A stretch of DNA of 64,000 nt from an uncultured delta proteobacterium. GTDB taxonomy: Bacteria > Desulfobacterota > Desulfobacteria > Desulfobacterales > Desulfatirhabdiaceae. The stretch's first letter is position 1, and every line of letters begins with the position of its first letter. A program made the position numbers and the translations under genes. This document shows, piece by piece, positions 22,606-34,589 of this stretch. Under the pieces are notes generated by a model. The model did not search any database. It was not told the DNA's origin and saw only the letters and a list, made by a program, of their open reading frames with translations. The DNA is taken from assembly GCA_963789395.1 (NCBI GenBank), contig CAWBKP010000014.1, positions 96,001-160,000 of the forward strand, in the 5' to 3' direction.

Positions 22606-22618
22606 CTCACTATCCTTT

Positions 22619-25600
22619 TCATTTACCCAGATACTGTTTCAGATATCTTGCCGTATGCGATCGATCGGACATTGCCAGCATTTCCTCCGGGGATCCGGTT
22701 GCCACCACCTTCCCGCCGGCATCCCCGCCTTCGGGTCCCAGATCGATGACGACATCGGATGCCAGAATGATATCCAGGTTGTGCTCGATAACCACCACCG
22801 TGTTACCGTGGTCCACCAGAGACTGCAAAACTTGAACCAGCCGCTCCACGTCCGAGGGATGAAGCCCCGTGGACGGCTCATCCAGAACATACACCGTATG
22901 ATCATTGGATGCCTTGACCAGTTGATGGGCCAGCTTGATGCGCTGGGCCTCCCCGCCGGAAAGGGTGGGGCTGGGCTGCCCCAGACGCAGATACCCCAGG
23001 CCGATGTCGCAGACCAGGGACAGTGCCCGGCGAATGGCCGGAACCGGTGTAAAAAACGCCAGGGCCTCCTGAAACGTCATATCCAGGACTTCGGAAATGG
23101 TTTTTCCCTTGTACACCACCATCAGCGTCTCCGGGTTGAACCGCTTTCCCTGACAGACATCGCAGGGAACATAGACATCCGGCAGAAAACTCATTTCGAT
23201 TTTGTTGTGACCCTGCCCCTTGCAGGCGGCACAGCGCCCGTCCTCGACATTGAACGAAAACCTTCCGGGAGAATACCCCCGTGTCCTGGCAGCGGGGATC
23301 ATGGCAAAAAGCCGGCGGATATCGTCATAGAACCCCACATAAGAGGCCGGAACCGACCGGGGTGTTTTCCCGATGGGGCTGTGATCAACCTCCAGTATCC
23401 GTTTCACCGGCTCCCAGCCCCGGATGTCCCGGCACAGTCTTTCCGGAACAGGGCGGCCTTCCAGCTTGCAGCGGATGGCCGCAAACAGCGTTCCCTTGAC
23501 CAGCGTGGATTTTCCGGAACCCGAGACCCCGGTCACGGCAAGCAGGGTACCCAGCGGAAATACCGCATCGATGGACTTGAGGTTATTCAGGCAGGCGCCC
23601 TGAATCTCAATCTGCGGTTGATCCCGAAAATGCCTGGTACGGCTGGTCATGGCGCGGGTCTGCTGTTTCAGATATCTTCCGGTAACGGAGTTTTCGGCGC
23701 TTTTGATGCTTTCCAAGGTTCCTGACACAACGATCCGGCCCCCGTCCCGGCCGGCACCGGGCCCCAGATCGATGAGCGTGTCGGCCTGGCGGATGGTTTC
23801 CTCGTCATGTTCCACGACCAGGACCGTATTGCCCCGGTCCCGGAGGGTTTTCAGGGCATGGATCAGGATGCCGCTGTCACGGGGGTGAAGCCCGATGGTC
23901 GGCTCATCCAGGATATAGAGAATGCCGGTGAGATTGGACCCCAGCTGGGCCGCGAGCCTGACCCGCTGGGCCTCGCCGCCGGAAAGGGTGTCCCCGCTTC
24001 TTCCCAGGGAAAGGTAGGAGAGACCCAACTGGTTCAGCAGGGACAGACGCGAGAGGATTTCGGATATGACCGGTTCCGCGACGGGTTTTTCCGCCTCGGC
24101 TGAACGAAAAGCCCTTGATCATGCTTTCGAGCTGCACGGCGGTGGTCTGCATCAGCTCCCATATCGAAAAACCGCCGATTGTGACGGACAGGGCCAGAGG
24201 CTTCAACCGACTCCCCAGACACCGGGGACAGGTGCTGCGCCGGCCATCTTCGGGGGCTTCAATCTGACCCAGCCCTCCGCAGGCCGCGCACGCTCCCTGG
24301 GGGCTGTTGAAGGAAAAAAGCCGGGGATCCAGGGATTCCAGACCGGTTCCACAGGTCGGGCAGACCCCTTTCAGGCTGAAAACGGTTTCATTTCCGAGGG
24401 ATTCCACCACGGTAAAACTGCCGTTTCCCTCTGAAAGCGCCGTATCCAGCAACGGCGTCAGCATCTCCGAATTCAGCCTGCCGGATGCCCACCGGCCGGT
24501 TTCCAGCTCGATGGTGTGCTCATGGTAGCGGCTGAGGGCCATACCCGGCCGGATGTCCGTCCATGTCCCGTCGATCTTGGCGCGATTGATCCCGCTTCGA
24601 AGGGCTTTTGCGAGCACATCCTTGTGGAACCCTTTCCTGCCGCTCACTTTCGGCGTCAGGACGGATGCAGCCACCCCGGAATACCGCCGAAGGATTTCAT
24701 CGAAAATGGCCTGCCGGGTCTGGGTCACCAGTCTTTTGCCGCATCCCGGGCAATGGCGATCCCCGAGTTTGCTGTAAAGTAGCCTCAGAAAATGATAGAT
24801 CTCGGTCAGGGTCGCCACCGTGGATCTGCGGCTGGAATGGCTGATGCGCTGCTCGATGGCCACGGTCGGGGAAAGCCCGGTGATCCGATCCACGTCCGGG
24901 CGCTCCAGAATAGTCATGTACTGGCGGACATACGGGGCAAGGCTCTCCAGATAGCGGCGCTGGCCTTCGGCAAACAGGACGTCAAAGGCCAGAGAGGACT
25001 TACCCGACCCGGATACGCCGGTCATCACGACCAGTTGATTGCGGGGAATGGATGCGGTGACATTCTTGAGATTATGCTCCCTGGCGCCGCTGACGACAAT
25101 GGCGCCGCCCCAGGCGGCAGCCGGCTCCGAGACGGCTGCAGGAATCTCCGGCATTTCCAGGGGGCTGCCGGGTCCGAGGGTTTCACGCAAATATCTGCCG
25201 GTATGCGATGCGCCGCACGCCGAAACCGATTCGGGCGTTCCCGATACCACCACGGTTCCGCCTTCATCCCCGCCTTCCGGCCCCAGATCGATGACCCAGT
25301 CGGCGGTCTTGATCACATCCAGGTTATGCTCGATCACCAGAACCGTATGGCCTTTTGCCGTGAGTCGCTGAAACACTTCAAGAAGCCGTTCGATATCCTG
25401 GAAATGCAGTCCCGTTGTGGGTTCGTCCAGGATAAAGAGCCTGCTGCGGCTCCCGGATTCCTGCAAAAACCGGGAAAGCTTCAGGCGCTGGGCCTCCCCG
25501 CCCGAAAGCGTGTTCAGAGGCTGGCCGAGCCTCAGATACCCCAGCCCCACATCCGAAAGCAACGCCAACGGCTCCGTAATCCGGGGGATATCCGCGAAAA

Positions 25601-27912
25601 CCGCCAGGGCTTCATCCGTGGTCAGGTTGAAGATGTCCGAAATATTCAGGCCAAGATAGCGGATGTTCAAGGCCTCCGGGCCAAAGCGCTTTCCGCCGCA
25701 CGTCGGGCAGGTCACGAAAACATCCGAGAGAAACTGCATCTCGATTTTTTCAAACCCTTCGCCTTTGCAGGCTTCGCAGCGCCCGCCCGGAACATTGAAT
25801 GAAAAGTATCCGGCGGAGAATTTTTTTGCGCGGGCCTGCGGCGTAGCGGCCAGGCGTTTCCGAAGGGGGTCCATGGCGCCAGAATAGGTCAGGGCATTGG
25901 CTCTGGGGGTGCGTCCCACCGCATGCTGATCCACCAGAACCGCCTCGGAGATGTGCTCCAGCCCCCGGATCGACCGATACCTTCCAGGCCGTTCCGACCC
26001 CTGGCCTTTGATCCGCTGAGCAGCCTTAAAAAGGATATCGACAGCCAGCGTGGACTTTCCCGATCCGGACACGCCGGTAATACAGGTCATCACCCCCAGC
26101 GGAAAGACCACGGTCACGTCTTTGAGATTATTTTCCGATGCCCCTTCGATCCGTATCCAGTTAAGGTCGTCCCGTATTTTCCCGCGCCGGGGGATGGGAA
26201 TGCGCCGTTTGCCCGTCAGAAAGTCACCGGTAAGGGTCCCCTCGATCCGGGACGCAGGGCCGTCGTACATGACCCTGCCGCCGTTCTCGCCGGCTCCGGG
26301 ACCCATGTCCAGAATCCGGTCGGCATTTCGGATGATTTCCGGGTCATGCTCCACCACCACAATCGTGTTGGGAAGATCCCGGAGCCGCTTCAGGATATCA
26401 ACCAGGCGGCCGCAGTCCCTGGGGTGAAGCCCGATGCTGGGCTCATCCAGCACATAGAGGGCGTTGACCATGGAAGAGCCCAGGCTGGAGGCAAGCGCCA
26501 CGCGCTGGACTTCGCCGCCGGAAAGGGTTCTGGACTGCCGGTCCAGGGTCAGATACCCCAGCCCCACATCCTGAAGAAATTTCATACGGGACAGCACTTC
26601 ATCATAGATCATCCGGCTGGCGTTGTCTGTGGCATCCATGTCGAGGGCTGCAAAAAACGACGCGGCCTCCGTGACATTAAGCGCATAGACGTCCGGGATG
26701 GTCCGGCCGGCCAGCCGGTAGAGCAGGGTCTCGGGTTTGAACCGGGTTCCATTACAGGCGCCGCAGACCGCATAACTTCGGTAGCGCGACAGAAATACCC
26801 GCACCGGCAGCTTGTAGGTTTTGGTTTCCAGCCATTTGAAAAAACCGCGCACCCCGTAATATTTCGGAGTTCCTTCCAGAATGGCATTTTTCTGGTCAGG
26901 TGCCAGGCCTTCAAACGGAGTGCGGGTCGAGATTCCCTGCTTTGTGCAGAACGCCATCAGCTCTTCAAACTCGACCTTTTGCTCCGAACCCGTCCCCCAG
27001 GGTTTGATGGCGCCGTCTTCCAGGGATTTTGACGGATCGGGAATCACCAGATCCCAGTCAATATCGATGGTTCTGCCGAATCCCCGGCAGGCATCGCAGG
27101 CCCCGACCGGGCTGTTGAAGGAAAAGAGACTGGGAACAGGTGGAGAATAGTCGATTCCGCAGGCGGCGCACGCCAGTCCCCGGCTGAAAGACAAGCGATC
27201 CGGCCCCAGCCAAAGATCCATGTGACCTGCGCCCCATTGAAATGCCTGCTCCAGAGAATCCATGATCCGGGGCTGGTCATCGGCCCGGAACCGAAGCCTG
27301 TCGACCAGGATATACAGGGGCCGGGGGACAGCCTGCAGAGACAGCTCCGACAACTGCCCGATCCGCCCTTCATCCGCATAGCGGTCAAACCCCATGCGAA
27401 TCCAGGACGACAAGGCATCCGGTGCAGGGTCCGTATCGAGGACTCGCCGGAAACGTGATGCGAAGATCGGTTCCAACCGCCACGTCCTGAATCGCCTTCC
27501 AGACATGAAGCGGGGTCTCCGGCAGCACCGGCTTGCCGCACCCCCGGCAATGCAGCTGTCCCATGCGGCTGAACAGGAGTTTGACATAGTCGGTCAGCTC
27601 CGTCATGGTGCCCACGGTGGACCGGGATGTTCTGACCGGGTCTTTCCGGTCGATGGCAATGGCCGGCGGGATTCCCAGGATGGCGTCCACCTGCGGCCGG
27701 TCCATCCGGTCCATGAACTGCCGGGCATAGGGCGAAAATGTTTCCACATAGCGCCGCTGGCCTTCGGCATAAAGGGTGTCAAAGGCCAGGGAGGATTTTC
27801 CGGAACCACTCACGCCGGTGATGACCGTTATCCGGTTCAGGGGAATGTTCAGGTCCAAGTTTTTCAGATTGTGCTGTCTGGCACCGCGAACGACAATGGC
27901 TGGAGTTTTCAT
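22619..27912 (-). CDS. uvrA: Double-length UvrA (two fused UvrA units, four ABC ATPase sites), split by two frameshifts near 27450 and 24100
   Basis: Four GVSGSGKS Walker A motifs and four LSGGE signatures; [17 protein letters not shown] and [17 protein letters not shown]; multiple CxxC fingers. Confidence 0.9.
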
Positions 27913-28310
27913 CGGCCAAAGATGATACATTTACGCCAATTTTTCAAGGGTGGAACCCGGATGTTCCTGAAATAAATAATTCTTCGAAAAGGCAGCCATT
28001 GTCTCAGGCTTTTTGGCATCTCTTCGTTGTTAACTTGACACGTGGGGATAGAAAACGTATAAATTATGCAGAATAATATTTCTGTGCTCGAATGGAAAAT
28101 TCGAATAGAAATTATTCGTTCGATATATTGCACCATATGCACTTCGACTTTTATTTGAAACTGGTTTTGCGTTCAGACTTTATTTGGCAATAACGGTTTC
28201 AGTTGCTGTTTTTACAGATATATTTTACTGATCTGGGAAAATGGCCGGCCGGAATTGATTGTCAACTGTGGATAGTTCGAGGGCGGCAACACCTTCGACT
28301 GGAGGAAATT

Positions 28311-28628
28311 ATGTTTGGCATCGGCATGCAGGAATTGGTCCTGATTCTGGTTATCGCGCTCATCATTCTCGGCCCGAAAAAGCTGCCGGATGTGGCCAAG
28401 TCCCTGGGAAAGGCCTTGAATGAATTCAAGCGGGCCACCAGTGATCTCAAGGAATCCCTGGATGTTGATCACAGCCTGGATACGGTAAAAAAATCGTTTC
28501 ATGCCATGAACGAGCCTCCTCCTCCGGCAGACGCTACCACTACCGGACCTATAGAAGTTAAACCCGCGGCGTCTTCTCCCGAAGAAACCGCACCAAAGCC
28601 CCCAGAGCCTCCCCGTGCCGCCAGCTGA
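28311..28628 (+). CDS. tatB: Twin-arginine translocase TatA/TatB family subunit
   Basis: MFGIGMQELVLILVIALIILGPKKLP followed by a Pro-rich tail; lies upstream of tatC. Confidence 0.85.
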   Translation: MFGIGMQELVLILVIALIILGPKKLPDVAKSLGKALNEFKRATSDLKESLDVDHSLDTVKKSFHAMNEPPPPADATTTGPIEVKPAASSPEETAPKPPEPPRAAS

Positions 28629-28640
28629 CAGGACTCTCCC

Positions 28641-29408
28641 ATGAGCGAAGAAGAGAAAATTCCTTTCACTTCCCATCTGGAAGAGCTCCGGAAGCGCCTG
28701 ATCACCTGTTTTATCGCTATCGGCATCGGATTTGTTCTGGCTTACAGCGTCAAGGAATGGCTGTTTCATCTGCTGACCGCTCCCCTGATCTCGGTCATGC
28801 AACCGGGTGAAAAACTGATTTTCACCAGCCTTCCGGAAGCGTTTTTCGTTTATCTGAAAGTGGCGTTTCTGTGCGGCACCCTCATCGCCATTCCCGTCAT
28901 ATTATACCAGTTCTGGATGTTCATTGCTCCCGGACTTTACACCGATGAAAGACGGTATCTGGCGCCCATCATGGTGCTTTCCATATTCTTTTTCATTGCC
29001 GGCGGGCTTTTCGGCTATTTTGTGGTTTTCCCCATCGGATTTCAGTTTTTCCTCAGCTTTGCCACGGACACCATCCGGCCGCTGCTGACCATGCGTGAAT
29101 TCCTGAGCTTTGCCTCGCTTTTTCTGCTGGCCTTCGGCCTGATGTTCGAACTGCCGCTGATCCTGATTTTTCTGGTAAAACTGGGTATTATTTCCATTGA
29201 CTTTTTAACCAAAAACAGAAAATATGCCATTCTTGTGATTTTTATCATCGCAGCAATTTTAACGCCGCCGGATGTGGTTTCCCAGACACTCATGGCCATT
29301 CCCATGATGGCGCTTTACGAAATCGGCATTCTCGGCGCCAGGATCTTTGCCCGCAAAAAACCTCGGGAAGAGGCAGCCCCGGATGAAATTCCGGATGAAA
29401 CCCCCTGA
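28641..29408 (+). CDS. tatC: Twin-arginine translocase TatC
   Basis: HLEELRKRL, FIAPGLY, FELP and AAILTPPD. Confidence 0.96.
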   Translation: MSEEEKIPFTSHLEELRKRLITCFIAIGIGFVLAYSVKEWLFHLLTAPLISVMQPGEKLIFTSLPEAFFVYLKVAFLCGTLIAIPVILYQFWMFIAPGLYTDERRYLAPIMVLSIFFFIAGGLFGYFVVFPIGFQFFLSFATDTIRPLLTMREFLSFASLFLLAFGLMFELPLILIFLVKLGIISIDFLTKNRKYAILVIFIIAAILTPPDVVSQTLMAIPMMALYEIGILGARIFARKKPREEAAPDEIPDETP

Positions 29409-29510
29409 GAGACAGCTACAGTTCTTAGCCGCAGTTCCGAAAGTCAATGTGGCGGAAGAACATTTGGTGGTAATAAAATTATTTAACAGAGGAAAGGAGG
29501 AAAAAGTCGT

Positions 29511-29963
29511 ATGAAGAAATCATTGTGGGTTGTTGTGGTGGTCGGCTTGGCAGCAGTTTTTGCCTCTGCCGCCCTCTACGCCGGGACCAAGGCTCCGGAT
29601 GTCATCAAAATGGATAACAAGATCTATCCCAAACACGAAAAAGGCATCGTCGAGTTTACGCACAAGAAGCATGTTGCCGAATACAAGGCCACCTGCGGAG
29701 ACTGCCATCACGACAAGGACGGGAAACCGCTCGCGAGTCTGAAAGACGGCGACAATGTTCAGGGCTGCGCTGAGTGCCACAAGAAACCCGGTGAAAAACC
29801 GAAGGGAAAAGATGCTCCCAAGCTGACGGAAAAAGAAGTACTGGAATTTCACGCCGAGGCCATGCACAAGAATTGTCAGGGATGTCATAAAGAAATGAAC
29901 AAAAAGAACGGCAACAATAACGCCCCGACAACTTGCGTGAAATGCCATCCGAAAACCAGTTAA
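29511..29963 (+). CDS. Tetraheme cytochrome c3
   Basis: Signal peptide, FTHKKH and four CxxCH motifs (CGDCH, CAECH, CQGCH, CVKCH). Confidence 0.92.
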   Translation: MKKSLWVVVVVGLAAVFASAALYAGTKAPDVIKMDNKIYPKHEKGIVEFTHKKHVAEYKATCGDCHHDKDGKPLASLKDGDNVQGCAECHKKPGEKPKGKDAPKLTEKEVLEFHAEAMHKNCQGCHKEMNKKNGNNNAPTTCVKCHPKTS

Positions 29964-30016
29964 CCGGTTGATCCGGCCAAAATAAATAAAACGGGTCCGG
30001 AATGCTTTGAACACCA

Positions 30017-30056
30017 GGCAGGCTTCTCTTATCAGAGAGGAACCTGCCTTTTTTTA
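30017..30056 (+). terminator. Intrinsic terminator after cytochrome c3
   Basis: aggcagg..cctgcct followed by a T-tract. Confidence 0.8.
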
Positions 30057-30380
30057 TCCGTCTTCTTTCTGTGCGGCAGCCATGTTGATACAGTTGTCCA
30101 ATTTACCCAAAATCCAACCACTCTATTTTTCGTTCAACAGAAGTTACATCTTGTTAGAATCGCCGAATAAGGTATAATGATATACAGTTTCATTCCTTTG
30201 ATTTAAACGTTATGGGACTATCAAACTTTTCTTGGTCAAAGTTTGTGAACTATTTCATTTTAATTGGAAGTAACAGGTCAGCAGGATATTTTTTCAAAAC
30301 ATAAAAAAGAGCGGGGTGATTTTATCTCTTACTTTTTGGGGTCATATGTTTTTTGAGTTAGCACGATTGAGTAAGTATCA

Positions 30381-31121
30381 ATGTTGATCTACATAGGATT
30401 TGATGATACCGACTCAACAGAATCGGCGATTGGCACCGGCAAGCTGGCCCGGTGGTTAAACACCGAATTGCCTGACGGTTGTCGATGCAAGGGTGTCATC
30501 CGACAACAACTGCTTGTGTGCCCTGAAATACCCTATACCTCTCACAACAGTTCCGCATGCTTTTTGGCAGAAATTGCCGACCCCGCCCTGATGGATATTG
30601 TCATTGAGAAAGCAATTCATCATATTTCGAAGTATGCTGTCGCAGGCAGTGACCCAGGTCTATGCGTGGTCGCCGAAACCGATCCATGCATGGTCGATTT
30701 AACGGAATTCGGCCATTGCTGCACGCAGACAGAGAATCCCAGGCAGAAGCCAGTCGCCAGCCGGATCAGCCCATCTTTCAGGACACGGAGGCCAGAGACG
30801 GCATAATTGGAGCGGCAGCCGCGGTTGGACTGACAGCCGCGGGCTGGTTGGGACGCTATATCGAATTCGATGGCTTGCGTGACTATCCTCAATTAATCAG
30901 TGTTTCGGAATTGAATGCGCGGCACATCACCGTCTTATCCGTTGACCGCGATGCCACCGCGCCCGCACCACAGGAATGTGCTGACAAATAAATGGATACG
31001 CCCGCGCCGAATGGCGCATGGACCGGTATTGTTGGTCGGTTTGGTCGAGGCAGGTCTGTGGCAGAATATTTACTCCAAAAACAAAAAAAAGGAATCCAGC
31101 AAATTGGGTCAGCAGCCTTAG
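30381..31121 (+). CDS. Uncharacterised protein resembling the N-terminal kinase domain of TiaS (DDTD motif), frameshifted
   Basis: YIGFDDTDS..GTG, RQQL..IPYTSHNSSAC, SDPGLC and GIIGAAAAVG spread over three ORF fragments. Confidence 0.65.
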
Positions 31122-31157
31122 GGGAGCTGATTCAGCTGAAACATCCAGCGGCTTCGG

Positions 31158-31541
31158 TCACCCACGGGATGTCAGGTCTCGATACAACTCTACAAAAGCA
31201 AGCATTTTATTTGCCTGACGTTCCATATAACCGACCCAGAAGCTAAGCACCTCGTCTCCCTCGCTTGTCAGTCGATATATTCGTTTTGCCGGGCCACCTT
31301 CATCGGTCTTCCATTCTGAAACAACCAATCCGATCTCTTCCATCTCCCTGAGATGCCGATAGATCATACCTGGCGGGGCGTTCCCCCGAACGAATTCAAA
31401 CTGACCGATATTTTGAATCAATTCATATCCGTAAGATGTTTTTTCCTTTAATATCATAAGGATGGATGGTTGAATATAACGTTCAACTTTTTTGGAACCC
31501 ATCTCCCTGGTCTTTTTATTTGATATAATTTTATTTGACAT
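31158..31541 (-). CDS. PadR-family transcriptional regulator
   Basis: SYGYELI, PGMIYRHLREME..GLV and PAKRIYRLT. The start may be 31502. Confidence 0.9.
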   Translation of the reverse strand: MSNKIISNKKTREMGSKKVERYIQPSILMILKEKTSYGYELIQNIGQFEFVRGNAPPGMIYRHLREMEEIGLVVSEWKTDEGGPAKRIYRLTSEGDEVLSFWVGYMERQANKMLAFVELYRDLTSRG

Positions 31542-31563
31542 ATATCCTTCCTGGATATATATT
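31535..31563 (+). promoter_or_regulatory. sigma70 promoter with a palindromic operator in the spacer
   Basis: TTGACA-N17-TATATT, with ATATATCC-N5-GGATATAT at 31540-31560. Confidence 0.6.
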
Positions 31564-31612
31564 TAATTCGAAAGCGTTAATCATATTTAACCCCAACGCA
31601 TTGGAGGCCCAA

Positions 31613-31873
31613 ATGACCACAAAAATTTTTGTTCGAGAAAGACGTAAAGTCGATAAAGGCGAAAAAAAGCCCAGATTCAGGGTTGTCGGTGTCAGCGGAT
31701 CGGATGTTAAAATTTATGTCAACCATATGCGCAAAAAAGAGCTGGATCAGATCTGCGCTGAAACTGGAGCCCAAGCCATATTCCTGGTTGAAGGAGAAGG
31801 CCAGAAAAACGGTGGGGGCCAGGATTCAGGTCAGATGATCAAACCAAGATCCTGTTCTCTTGAATTTGAATAG
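31613..31873 (+). CDS. Small hypothetical protein (86 aa)
   Basis: GGAGG RBS, its own promoter, and plausible sequence MTTKIFVRERRKVDKGEKKPRFRVVGV. Confidence 0.7.
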   Translation: MTTKIFVRERRKVDKGEKKPRFRVVGVSGSDVKIYVNHMRKKELDQICAETGAQAIFLVEGEGQKNGGGQDSGQMIKPRSCSLEFE

Positions 31874-31916
31874 AGCCGGATAAAAAATCGGTGGAACGGA
31901 TTCCGTGGGTTTCCTA

Positions 31917-32758
31917 TTACTTAAAGATAATGGTTCCAACATGGTTCGCCGTTCAGAGCAGCCATAATATGCTCGGGATGCCTCATGGCATCGATGATTT
32001 GCAACTGCTTCAAACATTTGGCGTTTTGCAGAAAAGTTAAAATGGGTCGTTCGATGATCAGATCATCAAGGTCCAGTTGAAGAAGATCCTTGGCGGAGAT
32101 TCGGTCGTAAAATGTCAGGTTCATAGGGTCAGTTTTTTTGGATCCGCGCTGTAAAGCCCTTTTTCATCTTTGAGGAATATCAGGGAACGTGCACCGATAT
32201 TTTCCGCCAACAGGAACGCACCGCAATCGGTCCGGTGCGGCGGGATGGAGCCGTGTTCGGCAGGATGCTCGAAAAAACCGTAGGGCGGAACGCCATAAGT
32301 GATGGGGAGATATCCCTGTCGGCAAAACATGGTCAACTGCTCCAGATTGTCGCCATGACCGATCTTCACCCCGCCGTGCTTGGCCAGAAGAACAGACAAT
32401 ATCTCTGCGTTCTGCCAGGACACCTTGTCGCCTAGCTTTGATAACACGCCTGTAGGCATTCCCAAACCAGCCGATATTATACACATGCCGCGCGCGCGTG
32501 CCGCCGCCGGTCATTAGCAATACTTGTGTTTTCCTGGCCTTGATCAGTTCATCCAGAATCGGCAAGAATCGCCTTTGAACCACGGTCCATAATACTTTGG
32601 CCGCCGATTTTAATTACATTAATATCCGGATGCATGCGGAAATATTCCGATGTCTCGGTCTTCTTTAAAAGCGCTTTGCTGACTAACGACTCTCCCATTA
32701 ACGGAGTGTCGATATGCAACCGGCCCATTTCAGACGATTCTTTAATTAATTTGCTCAT
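31917..32758 (-). CDS. Molybdenum storage protein (MosB-like, amino-acid-kinase fold), multiply frameshifted
   Basis: VIKIGGQSIMDRG, TGGGTRARHVY, IPPHRTDCGAFLLAE, LKDEKGLYSADP and HVGTII resemble Azotobacter MosB motifs as I recall them. Confidence 0.85.
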
Positions 32759-33068
32759 TTCCCTTATCCATTATAAAATTTTAAATTCATATAAATGTTA
32801 TTCTTGTCATTAAAGATTGATTCAATTGACACTGTATAACGGACTTAATATATTCGTACAGTATACATTATTCTGATTGTTGTCATTATATTTTCTATCA
32901 GTGATAATGTTGCTTGGTTCATCAGCTTTCCATTTTTATTGCAATACATTCGATGATATGGTCATCGCCTCTGAAATATTCAATTGTGTTCACATGGTAT
33001 CTCACTGTAAATAACAGGCTCTGAACGCCCTCCATCTTAAAACACTGTTTCAACATCCCCGTGATTAA

Positions 33069-34364
33069 TTAAATCTTGATCTTGGCTTTGCGGATGAAAA
33101 TATCCACAATAATCCCGATACCGAAAGCCCAGGTCATATTTGGAACCGACAGGGCAATTCCGCTGATGAGCAAAGCCACGAAATATTCCTCGTTGGCTTT
33201 GAGGCTGCGGATCAGCGGACAGAGCTCAAGCCCGGCAAAAATCAGGAGTACGCCCAGAACCGAGTTGGGTATCAGCGACAACAGCGTCAAACCCGCTTCC
33301 CCGAAAACCAGGGCCAGCACGACGAAAATGGCCCCGATTATCAATGGAGCGCTGCCGGTTCGCGCTCCGAAGCGGTAATGCGCTGCCAGGCCGCCGGTGC
33401 CATGACACATGGGTATGCCGCCGAACAGCCCAGTCGGCAGATTGGCAATGCCCATGGTCAGGGCGAAATTGCTAGCACTGGCCTTTTTCAGACTCGGATG
33501 TTCGGGGAATAGGACGCTACAGGTGTCGGCCGTACCTACACAGGCATTACCGATGGTCAGCGGGATTTGAGGCAGGATCAGCATGATAAAGGCAAGCCAC
33601 CATTCGTTGAGCGTGGGCACGATCAGATTGACAGGAGTAGGGCCTAAGGAGAAATTACGGCCGTCGAGACCGCCAAGTGCCAAACCGGCAATGATTCCGA
33701 TCCCGATGGCTGCAATATTGAAGGCAGTTGCTTGGTCAAGCAGCGCCAAACACGGGAAAGACAATCACCCCCAAAATGAAATGGTACGTAGTCTGCAAAA
33801 TGGCCGACCGCGCCGGAAAGAAACAGGCTCTGTTCGATAATTAGTTGAACACCTTTGCGCAGGAAAACAAGACCAAGGGCCAATTGGATGCCGCGCACCA
33901 CTGGCTGAGTGAACAATTTTGCCAATTTGTCCACAAAGCCGGTCAATGCAAACAGAAGCAGCAAGGCGCCGAAGATGACGCCTGCCGCTCCAATGACGGT
34001 TCGGTAATCAGCGCCGGGTTGGGGATCCAGATGGAGCCCACCGCTTTCAAAGGTTGTACGGGAACCGGCAGCCGATAGAAATATCCCTAATCATGTAAAA
34101 CAGGCCGAATGAAAGGAACACGATGGTCGGACTTAACTTATTGATCAGAATCATGGCCAGAACGATAGGAAGGAGCGTGCCCAAATCTCCGAAAGAGCCG
34201 GCCAACTCAATTCGGTCAAATCGAAACCTCTCATGCGGTAGGTCTCTCAGGCCATCCGTCGAAACACCCTCCCCAGCAGCCGTCTTCGTTGCAAATACCA
34301 CAGGAAAGCATACAGCCATTAATCCCTTGATTCCGTTGGATCCCGAATGCTTGTTATTTCCCAT
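33069..34364 (-). CDS. MOT1-family putative molybdate/sulfate transporter, frameshifted
   Basis: ELAGSFGDLGTLLP, VVRGIQLALG, LPQIPLTIGNA and PMCHGTGGLAAHYRFGART. Confidence 0.85.
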
Positions 34365-34415
34365 TAGACACCTCGTAATATCTACAATTAGGAAAGTTCG
34401 AATCATCCAATCAAT

Positions 34416-34441
34416 AGCACGAATAAATAATTTATCGTGCT
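34416..34441. promoter_or_regulatory. Palindromic operator, candidate TunR-type site
   Basis: AGCACGA-N12-TCGTGCT between the divergent MOT1 and integrase-TOBE genes. Confidence 0.6.
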
Positions 34442-34589
34442 TGTTATTATCAACAAAGTTTATGAGCTGTCAAGTAAGTTTTTGGATGCTTTGCAAATAC
34501 CATCGGATGTGCTAAAAACAAGAGAGTTCTGTAAGTGATGTGTGGATTGGATTTAGGAGAATCCAACAACTGACTATCAACTGCAACAG

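Noticed and set aside
30243..30260. Rex-like site TTGTGAACTATTTCATTT
   Set aside because: The right half-site is poor and the region is AT-rich.
32915..32972. Fluoride riboswitch-like GGCGATG..GCTGATGA on the minus strand
   Set aside because: No P1 complement (tcgcc) or pseudoknot pairing was found.
34260..34410. Moco/Wco riboswitch upstream of MOT1 (also sought upstream of tupA)
   Set aside because: I could not identify the conserved motif by eye. An Infernal scan would be decisive.
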